Below, piece after piece: positions 56,264 through 64,000 of a stretch of 64,000 bases of DNA; positions within the stretch are counted from its first letter, which is position 1; the number at the start of each line of letters is the position of its first letter. The position numbers and the translations under genes are program-made. The notes beneath the pieces were generated by a model. That model was not told the DNA's origin. It saw only the letters and a program-made list of their open reading frames with translations, and ran no database searches. The stretch spans positions 604,157-668,156 of the forward strand of contig CAVTET010000003.1 in NCBI GenBank assembly GCA_963733675.1, in the 5' to 3' direction. Origin of the DNA: an uncultured Methanosarcinaceae archaeon. GTDB taxonomy: Archaea > Halobacteriota > Methanosarcinia > Methanosarcinales > Methanosarcinaceae.

Positions 56264-56905
56264 ATGGCAGAACAAATTATACTGGAAGTTGTCAAGAAAT
56301 TACTCGAGATATCTCCAAAACGCAATTTCTCTGAAAGCGTGGATTTGGCGATTAACTTAAAAAATCTTGATATGAACCAACCGAAGAATAGGGTCGATGA
56401 AGAAGTAATCCTTCCACATGGGCTCGGAAAAGAACTGAAAATCGGTGTTTTTGCAAAAGGCGACGTGGGCTTGAAGGCAAAAGCCGCAGGTGCTGCGTAT
56501 GTTATTTCTGAAGACGAACTCGAAGAACTGGCAGCTGACAAGAATAGAGCAAGGACTCTAGCAAATGAATGTGACCTTTTTATTGCAGAAACTCAGTTCA
56601 TGCCGACAATTGGTAAGAACCTTGGTATTGTTTTCGGGCCCAGAGGAAAGATGCCTATTCCGTTATTGCCTAACAAGGATGTAGGTGAACTGATTCAAAG
56701 CAAAAAGAATGCTGTCAAGCTTAGGTCAAAAGACAAGCTTACTTTTCATGTGGCTGTTGGAATGAGGGCTATGAATCCTGAAGACCTTGCTGAGAACATT
56801 GAGACTATTGTAGCTAGGCTGGAACGTATTCTGGAGAAAGGAAAGCACAACCTTAGGTCGGTCTATGTAACGACAACCATGGGTAAATCAGAGAAGGTGA
56901 TGTAA
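56264..56905 (+). CDS. rpl1: 50S ribosomal protein L1
   Basis: RNFSESVDLAINLK, LPHG, GPRGKMP, TTMG. Confidence 0.97.
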   Translation: MAEQIILEVVKKLLEISPKRNFSESVDLAINLKNLDMNQPKNRVDEEVILPHGLGKELKIGVFAKGDVGLKAKAAGAAYVISEDELEELAADKNRARTLANECDLFIAETQFMPTIGKNLGIVFGPRGKMPIPLLPNKDVGELIQSKKNAVKLRSKDKLTFHVAVGMRAMNPEDLAENIETIVARLERILEKGKHNLRSVYVTTTMGKSEKVM

Positions 56906-57943
56906 ATGGCGGAAGAAAAGCATCACACTGAACATATCCCAAAGTGGAAGAAAGATGAAATCGAAAAAATAAAGAAACTCATACTTTCTCATAAGGTCTT
57001 CGGAATGGTAGGAATCGAAGGAATTCTTGCGATCAAGATCCAGAAGATTCGTCGGGACCTTAAAGACGTTGCGGTGGTTAAGGTCTCCAGGAATACGCTC
57101 ACAGAGCGGGCTTTAAATCAACTGGGGGGAAACATTCCAGGGATGAATAAATACCTTGACAAACAGACTGCTCTGGTGTTTACTAACGAAAGTCCTTTCA
57201 AGCTTCAAAAAGTACTCGAACAGACAAAGACCCCATCACCTATCAGAGGTGGCGCAATTGCTCCGGTGGATATTATCGTTCAGAAAGGGCCTACCAGTTT
57301 CCCGCCTGGTCCGATATTGGGTGAGCTCCAAAGTGCAGGGATTCCCGCTTCAATTGAAGCGGGAAAAGTTGCGATAAAGGACACAAAGGTTGTCTGTAAA
57401 GCAGGTGAGGCAGTCCCACAGAAACTCGCAACCATGCTCTTAAAGTTGGATATATATCCTCTAATCATAGGGTTGGACCTAAGAGCAGCCTATGATGAAA
57501 AAATGATTTATGAGCCTGAACTCCTTAAAATTGATGAAAACCAATACTTCTCTGATATTATCAGAGCAAATCAGAACGCTTTCAATTTATCTGTTAACAT
57601 TGCATACCCAACAAGTGCAACAATTGGCACTCTGCTTGCAAAGGCCTTTACAGAAGCAAAAAACCTTGGTGTAAATGCTGTTGTTTTTGATTCAGGAATC
57701 ATGGATACCCTTCTGTCAAGGGCCTATATTCAGATGATATCCGTTGCATCTAAAGTCGTAGAAGTCGGTGCGGATGCAGTAGATGATGACCTTAAGAAGG
57801 TTCTCGAGGCGGTACCAAGCGCAATAGCAGCCAAAGTACCTGATAAGAAAGAAGAAGTACAAAAAGAAGAACCAGAAGAGGTAGAGGAGGAGGACCATGC
57901 CGAAGAAGATGGGATGGCCGGTCTTGGTGCCCTTTTTGGATAA
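56906..57943 (+). CDS. rpl10: 50S ribosomal protein L10 (P0)
   Basis: WKKDE, KVSRNTL, GPTSFPPGP, acidic tail ending GLGALFG. Confidence 0.97.
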   Translation: MAEEKHHTEHIPKWKKDEIEKIKKLILSHKVFGMVGIEGILAIKIQKIRRDLKDVAVVKVSRNTLTERALNQLGGNIPGMNKYLDKQTALVFTNESPFKLQKVLEQTKTPSPIRGGAIAPVDIIVQKGPTSFPPGPILGELQSAGIPASIEAGKVAIKDTKVVCKAGEAVPQKLATMLLKLDIYPLIIGLDLRAAYDEKMIYEPELLKIDENQYFSDIIRANQNAFNLSVNIAYPTSATIGTLLAKAFTEAKNLGVNAVVFDSGIMDTLLSRAYIQMISVASKVVEVGADAVDDDLKKVLEAVPSAIAAKVPDKKEEVQKEEPEEVEEEDHAEEDGMAGLGALFG

Positions 57944-57979
57944 ACAAATTTACGCTAATTGAAATTAGGTGATAAAACA

Positions 57980-58303
57980 ATGGAATATATATATGCATCT
58001 CTCTTATTGCACAATGCTGGTAAAGCAATTACCGAAGAAGCAATCACTGCAGTCCTCAAGGCTGCCGGCATCGAAATAAACGAGTCTAGGGTAAAGGCTC
58101 TTGTAGCAGCCCTTGAAGGCGTAAACATCGAAGAAGCAATTTCAAAGGCTGCATTTGCCGCCCCTGCAGCTGTATCTCACACAGTTGCCACTCCTGCAGC
58201 CGCAACAAATGTTGTAGCAGCAGAAGTTCCTATTGAGGAAGAGGAAGAGGAGGATCATGCCGAAGAGGACGGAATGGCTGGCCTAGGCGCCTTATTTGGA
58301 TAA
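57980..58303 (+). CDS. rpl12: 50S ribosomal protein L12 (P1)
   Basis: [11 protein letters not shown], Ala-rich hinge, acidic tail GLGALFG; AGGTGA RBS. Confidence 0.97.
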   Translation: MEYIYASLLLHNAGKAITEEAITAVLKAAGIEINESRVKALVAALEGVNIEEAISKAAFAAPAAVSHTVATPAAATNVVAAEVPIEEEEEEDHAEEDGMAGLGALFG

Positions 58304-58309
58304 ATATAT

Positions 58310-58349
58310 AAATGTTGGCGTATTATTTCGCCACATTTCTATACTTTTT
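58310..58349 (+). terminator. Hairpin and T-tract after rpl12
   Basis: AAATGTTGGCG ... CGCCACATTT followed by CTTTTT. Confidence 0.55.
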
Positions 58350-59125
58350 AGTTCTATAGTATATACCATAGTTTTCAAGTAAGTCTATTATTTGATACAT
58401 TTTAATTATATTGTGATAATCGCTCCAAAAATTTTATTATTTTTAAGTTCTAAAGTGTAGATTGTTCATAATACTATCAATCTATTTTCTTATTTTTTGG
58501 GTTATACTTTAGGGTGTATATCTCTCTTAATAGCCTGCTTAATGCTAAATTTCTTTCTTGATCAAATATTGGTAGGTTTGTTTTATTTAACTGTAGGCCC
58601 TTGCTCATATTTTTTATATCCCCATCAGTTGGTAATCAATAGTATCTATTGCATCAAAATAGATTTCGTTGAACTGATTTTTGATAGATTGAATATTTAT
58701 TCTCTTTTTCTGATTTGTAAAGTCATGTCAGTTGTGTGCAGAAATCATCTGAAAAAATTTGCAGGGAAAAAAAGTAATATATTAAAAAATGATCTTAACA
58801 ATTAATTTTTGATTAATTATAAAAAAATGAGCACTCTCAGCGTTTAAGAAAAATATCGATAAATTCATTTGCTAAAGGTTTTCAGTAAGTACGAATACGA
58901 CCTAAAAAGAGTGTAATATAATTTTCGTTTTTTCTTCTTCAAATCAATATTAATAGTAGCCATAGCGCGAATAAAGAAATTTGGGGTGAATAATCATACT
59001 AAAAGGAATCTCAATTCCATTCGGGTTCAAATGCATAATTCTTCAAACCACAATTTTTTCGGATATTTAGAAATTTCGCAGTCCTGCAATAATTAACCTC
59101 TATAATAATTGGAATTAAGGTTTTT

Positions 59126-59938
59126 TTAATTACAGCCAACGATCAGTGCCACAAGGTTTTGCCTATGATTTATAATCTCTTCTTCGGTTGCATTTTTCAA
59201 CCACTTTTCCCCTCCATGAATTACGTGATCTCCGCATATGAAAAAAATAGTGCCTTTTTCTGAATTTCGAAAAATGTTACCTAAATTCTCATCCATTTCT
59301 TTTGCAGCACTTTTCAGTTCTTCCCAGTTTTTTGCCCTGTGGGAAAAACGGTCAAGTGTTCTCAGGTGAACGGTCAGAATGTCGGTTTTCTCCTTGAGGG
59401 AACACACTGCATACTCAGTGATCCGCCGATCATAATCCAATATATCTTCGGAATCCGGGACTCCATGAAAGTTTTTTATTCGCCCTCTAAAACTCTCCGC
59501 ACCTCCAGACTCAATGACTGCTGATACGTTCATCCCCACCCTGTAAGCCCATTCCATTATGCTTTTAAGTTTTGGATTTTCAGAGTCTTTTGCCCTTTCA
59601 GCATAAATATCAGCTGTTGAAAAAATTTTATGCTCGTCTGGAGAGTATCCTGTAAAGATTGATGCAATAGCTGGAGAAGTTATTGTTGCCGGAGATTTGC
59701 ATTTAAATAACAGACCTTTCTTGACAAGCTCGTTCAAATTCTTCATTATTGGGAAAAGATGTATGTAAAGGGAGTACCCAAGGCCGTCAACTACGATAAT
59801 TACCATTCTTTTGTAGTCTTTTTTCTTTGTGTATTTAAGGACTTCAGGAATTGGTTTTCCAGTTGGTGGGGTCATAGGGATATTCAGCAATCTTGAAACT
59901 GTAGGGGCAATATCTATTAGGAGGCACTCGAAGATCAT
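59126..59938 (-). CDS. Alkaline-phosphatase-superfamily (nucleotide pyrophosphatase-like) protein
   Basis: IVVDGLG, TITSPAIASIFTG, DRFSH, GDH motifs. Confidence 0.8.
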   Translation of the reverse strand: MIFECLLIDIAPTVSRLLNIPMTPPTGKPIPEVLKYTKKKDYKRMVIIVVDGLGYSLYIHLFPIMKNLNELVKKGLLFKCKSPATITSPAIASIFTGYSPDEHKIFSTADIYAERAKDSENPKLKSIMEWAYRVGMNVSAVIESGGAESFRGRIKNFHGVPDSEDILDYDRRITEYAVCSLKEKTDILTVHLRTLDRFSHRAKNWEELKSAAKEMDENLGNIFRNSEKGTIFFICGDHVIHGGEKWLKNATEEEIINHRQNLVALIVGCN

Positions 59939-60225
59939 CGTTTGTTCACCATAAATTATCTGGGAAACCAGTTTATGAGTCTATTCGAAGACTCAGAAAT
60001 GTTTTTTCAGAAACTTTTATAATATTAAATTGTTTTAGCTTCTTTAGATCAAAAAGCATTGAGCGGATAATCTGTGAAATATAAGTTAAATTTTAATATA
60101 CTGTATATTATCTGGTTCTTTCAATATGTAGTGTACTTTCTCATAATTTTTTGGTACTTATGATTTTTCTGAAAAATCGTCACACCACCGAAAACTTTCA
60201 GTATAATATAATGAATTAGATCCAT

Positions 60226-60317
60226 TATCCAATAAATCACTGCTAATAAATAGTGACAATAAATATGAGGGAAAGAACTAGCGAGGAGATAAAATCATAG
60301 GTTTATAGAAATCCTCT
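60226..60317. repeat. ~90-bp MITE-like repeat, degenerate copy G
   Basis: Right terminus TAGGTTTATAGAAATCCTCT clear; left terminus poor. Confidence 0.45.
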
Positions 60318-60834
60318 ATACATTAGAAGAACAAATTTGCATGCAGTATCAAAAAGTGCATTGAAAGTGAAGAGCCTTCTACTTAATTTGGAGAGAATAA
60401 GTATAATCTCAATCATTGAAAAAGAGTGTGGGTAGATCTGGTGAGGAAATAATATCATGTATTTTTATATCAAATTGAAGCAATAAAAGAAATACTACAG
60501 CTACCTTATATGCGAACTAAATGTTTGCTTGATCCAAAGGAGCAAATCTGTATGCTAAGAGGAAGCTTTATGTTGAGCTTTAGGTAAAAATTTCATAAAC
60601 TAGAAAATTTTCAGTGATCTCAAGACACAATTATGTTGGGATATTATTCGATACATAAACATGTTTCCGAGTATACTTTCTTTCAATTTTCAGTGCGTGT
60701 GGTGATTAATAAGACCTCAAGTGACATAATTTTAGCTATTTACACTTGAAAAATAGTAGTACTCACACTTAGGCATAAAATAAAATCTAACAGATGTTTT
60801 AATCAAATTTACTTTATAGACGGTTTAATTTTCA

Positions 60835-61137
60835 GTCGAATACCCGCAGCTTGCTGCGGGGATGGAAAACTTCCCCGATAACCGTTGTTAAATAACAAAT
60901 TTATATTTTTTGCTACATTTGTACTGTAAATGGAATTAAGACGTGCAAATCATTGTGTATATAAAATCAGATATCACATGGTTTTTTGTTTGAAGTACCG
61001 TAAAAATCTTTTTTTAGGGACAGAACTCATCAACTTTTTGAAAAATGTATGCTTTGAAATTAGTGAAAGATACTGTTTTGAGTTTGAGGTAATTGGTAGT
61101 GATGGTGATCATGTACATCTTTTTGTTGGAGCTGAAC
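60835..61137 (+). mobile_element. tnpA: IS200/IS605-family left end and 3'-truncated tnpA
   Basis: Subterminal hairpin CCCGCAGC-TT-GCTGCGGG (60843-60860); ORF from 60930 with YHMVFCLKYRK and HUH motif DHVHL; catalytic-Tyr half missing. Confidence 0.9.
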
Positions 61138-61187
61138 TAACATAAATAACTGTATTGTTTATCTAGGATAAATTCTATTAAGTTAGT

Positions 61188-62324
61188 ATGAGTAATTCGA
61201 AGATCTTAAAAGATTACTTAAGGAAGTGCCAAGCAGATGGACTGACGGAAGAGACAATTGCAACTGCTGAATATACACTTATAAAGTTCATAGAATGGTG
61301 TGGAGATCGAGAATTAAAGGAGTTTACAACAGACGATGTTTACGATTATCTGGATTTTATAAATGCCTATACATACATCAAAGCTGGTAAGGCCGTTAAA
61401 TACTCACCTGGTACACAGCAACGAATTAGAACAGTTTTGAAAAAATTCTTGACCTCTATAAATCATGAACTAGGAGCCGTAATAAAGTTACGAACGCTAA
61501 AAAATGGGAAAATCCCCGAAGATATTTTGACTCGCGAAGAAATTGAAAAATTAATTGATTCATGTCGAAGTAACAGAGATCGGGCTATAATTGCTACTTT
61601 TTATGAAAGCGGAGCTAGAAGGGGGGAATTACTAACAGTTCAACTTAAACATGTGACTTTTGACGAGAATGGGGCAATCCTCAATATCCAAAAAGGGAAA
61701 ACAGGAAGTCGACGCGTTAGGCTTGTATTAGCTTCATCTTACCTTAAACAGTGGATTGACACGCATCCATTAAAGAATGATCTTGATGCTTACTTATTCT
61801 GTTCGACTAATTCTCCTTTTAGTGTCGTCACATTTGTAGGACTTGCAGATCAACTACACAAAATAGCAAGTAGAGCAGCTATCCAGCCAAAAAGAGTTTA
61901 TCCACATGCTTTTAGGCATGCCAGAGCAACCCACTTAGCTGAACAATTACCTGAACAACTTTTGAAAGAATATTTAGGCTGGACAAAATCAAGTAATATG
62001 GCGAGTATATATGTGCATATGTCAGGCCGAGATGTGGATAATGCTATACTTAAGTTGCATGGAATCGAGACTGCAGAAGCTACCAAAAAATTCATTGTTA
62101 ATAAATGCTCACGTTGTAAGGAAATAAATCCAGAAAATGCTTTATTTTGTTTTAAATGTGGGCTGCCACTTACGCAGGAAACTGCAACAACAGTAGAATC
62201 CGTAAAAACCGATTATATGCAACTCGCAGATCTAGACGAAATTAGAGAAATGAAAAATACATTAAAACAGGAGCTAGAAGAAATCTCTAAGCTGAAAGAG
62301 ATGATGCTTAAAGCTGGAAAATGA
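61188..62324 (+). CDS. Tyrosine recombinase/integrase with C-terminal Zn ribbon and coiled coil
   Basis: ESGARRGE (R), KGKTG (K), HAFRH (HxxR), LGW, YVH (Y); CSRC..CFKC. Confidence 0.95.
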   Translation: MSNSKILKDYLRKCQADGLTEETIATAEYTLIKFIEWCGDRELKEFTTDDVYDYLDFINAYTYIKAGKAVKYSPGTQQRIRTVLKKFLTSINHELGAVIKLRTLKNGKIPEDILTREEIEKLIDSCRSNRDRAIIATFYESGARRGELLTVQLKHVTFDENGAILNIQKGKTGSRRVRLVLASSYLKQWIDTHPLKNDLDAYLFCSTNSPFSVVTFVGLADQLHKIASRAAIQPKRVYPHAFRHARATHLAEQLPEQLLKEYLGWTKSSNMASIYVHMSGRDVDNAILKLHGIETAEATKKFIVNKCSRCKEINPENALFCFKCGLPLTQETATTVESVKTDYMQLADLDEIREMKNTLKQELEEISKLKEMMLKAGK

Positions 62325-62504
62325 TTTATATATAATTTTTAATGGATTTTATTTTAAGGAATTCTTATTTTAGCCCATATTTTTCTGGCTTGAAGTTGTA
62401 GTCTAAATTTGTTTTATCAATGCAGGTTGCTCGGGCTTGTCATGGCTTAATCTGTGGGCTTAAAGAGACGATGATTAAAACTGAAAATAACTATTTTGCA
62501 ATCA

Positions 62505-63704
62505 TTATGGGCTAATAATTTTTTCCTGGCATTTTTCGAAATAATTACTATAAAGTTTATCTAATTCTTTAAGTCCAGTTGTTGGGTCCTTTTCTTTATG
62601 AATAGAAATTAATTCATTTATTTTATGAACGAACTCTCTTTCTTCGGGGGAGGAGGTACCATCCATGACGTCTCTCTGAAAGCAGTGGTTGAAAATGAGA
62701 TCTGAAGTTACCGTATTTATTTCGTGGTAATATTTTATTCTAATTATTTTGTCGCTCAATATTTCAGGAAGTCTTTCCATTATTTTTTTGAATATCTCTT
62801 CAGAAGTCTTATTCAATATCTCTTGGGGCATTTTATGCAACTCTTCGTTGAGCATTTCTGGAGACTTTTCATGTATCTGTTTCATCATTTTTGGGATTAT
62901 TTCATTTGATATTTTTATAGACAACTCTTTTATAATTCGATTAGTTTTTTCTTCATGTGATTTATCTTCCATTGATGATGGTATTTCTTTTAACATTCGT
63001 TCGAATGTTTCTTTTGATATTTCCACACTCAAAAAATATTCTGAAAAGTTTTGAAACAAGTCTAATGTCAATGGATCTTTTGGGTATTCACTGTCAACAA
63101 TTTGTTTAATATTATGAATTTTCGAAATCCTTCTAATACATTTAATGTAAACTTCATGAATCAATTCTTTGAAACTTTGTTCCACAGCAATCAAATTTTT
63201 GATATATTGCTCTTCATTAAAGAGTTCCCCTAACTTGTAAAGTTCAGAAGCCCGGGCATACAATGTTTCAACGTCCGTTTTTATGCACATATCAAAAAAG
63301 GAGGATGACAGGAACAGCTGAACAAAAGATTTTTTTACACGCATAGAATTTTTAAGAGGATGCTCGGTAAGAAGACGCTCAATAAGGAGTATATCTAATG
63401 ATTTTCCACACGTATTTAACTTAATGTCTTCGAAATAAAATCTAATATTTTTCAAGTTTTTGAGTGTTGTTATATTCCAATAATTACGCAGACCGATTTT
63501 AGGCGGAATTAGTTCGATACATATAAGGTCTTGCAAATTATGCATGTGTTTATTAATAGTACTTTGATCCATAACTTCATATTTTTTCTTCAAATTATCC
63601 CTGATAACTGGCTCTGAGACAGGTCCGTTGTTTTTTAAAATGAATTCCAAGATGCTGGACTTCACTTCTTTATGTTTAAGGTGGGATCCTTTCGTTTTTG
63701 CCAT
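62505..63704 (-). CDS. Uncharacterised protein with N-terminal winged-helix domain, integrase-associated
   Basis: ILEFILKNNGPVSEPVIRDNL...DQSTINKHMHNL HTH-like segment; 399-aa open frame; TATA-like TTTAAATA upstream. Confidence 0.7.
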   Translation of the reverse strand: MAKTKGSHLKHKEVKSSILEFILKNNGPVSEPVIRDNLKKKYEVMDQSTINKHMHNLQDLICIELIPPKIGLRNYWNITTLKNLKNIRFYFEDIKLNTCGKSLDILLIERLLTEHPLKNSMRVKKSFVQLFLSSSFFDMCIKTDVETLYARASELYKLGELFNEEQYIKNLIAVEQSFKELIHEVYIKCIRRISKIHNIKQIVDSEYPKDPLTLDLFQNFSEYFLSVEISKETFERMLKEIPSSMEDKSHEEKTNRIIKELSIKISNEIIPKMMKQIHEKSPEMLNEELHKMPQEILNKTSEEIFKKIMERLPEILSDKIIRIKYYHEINTVTSDLIFNHCFQRDVMDGTSSPEEREFVHKINELISIHKEKDPTTGLKELDKLYSNYFEKCQEKIISP

Positions 63705-64000
63705 GTGTAATAATATGTATGAATACTATTTAAACATAGTTTATATTATATTAGCTTAAAATAGTGTATTGATAATTGAAAATTAATGACATAGGTTATT
63801 GATAATCTAGAACTCCTCTTATTGTATATCTGTCATAGCTTATGGCTGAGGTTAAAAGAAATGGTTTTCGATTTCGGAAAAAGAAAAATCTAAAAAGTAG
63901 GCTATTCTTTTTTAGTTCCTCTCCCTGTCGATTGGATCAAAAATCTGGATATAGGTAAGGGATATTTATTGAAAATAGAGATGTTAGATGACCACAGCCT

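Noticed and set aside
57884-58303. Near-identical 3' ends of rpl10 and rpl12
   Set aside because: Known shared stalk-protein C-terminal motif
62485-62492. AAATAACT as a second att site matching 61144-61151
   Set aside because: An 8-bp AT-rich match is expected by chance

Overview
Archaeal chromosome segment from a Methanosarcina-like methanogen (inferred from gene content and order). Intact housekeeping blocks: aTrm56/AMP phosphorylase, gpmI, acetate transporter, tRNA-His, RecJ-like nuclease, purA, the anaerobic cobalamin cbiT-L-F-G-G-H-C operon, PAN, and ftsZ-secE-spt5-rpl11-rpl1-rpl10-rpl12. Between them lie AT-rich, decaying accessory regions with IS6, IS5, IS110 and IS200 copies or relics, a ~90-bp MITE-like repeat family and many pseudogenes. 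The most unusual part is ~22-38 kb. It holds six small genes (two absent from the ORF track) that share one signal-peptide leader but carry unrelated low-complexity cargoes (Asn-rich repeats, poly-His, Gly/Trp/Tyr-rich, GEQ pentapeptides). They are interspersed with a thrice-repeated non-coding element (hairpins plus a 9-bp periodic array), a NikMN locus with an in-frame amber codon, and a bacterial-type msrB'-msrA-dipZ' fragment joined directly behind one leader. The window ends in a tyrosine-integrase element whose edge truncates an IS200 tnpA. All assignments are by eye; no database searches were run.
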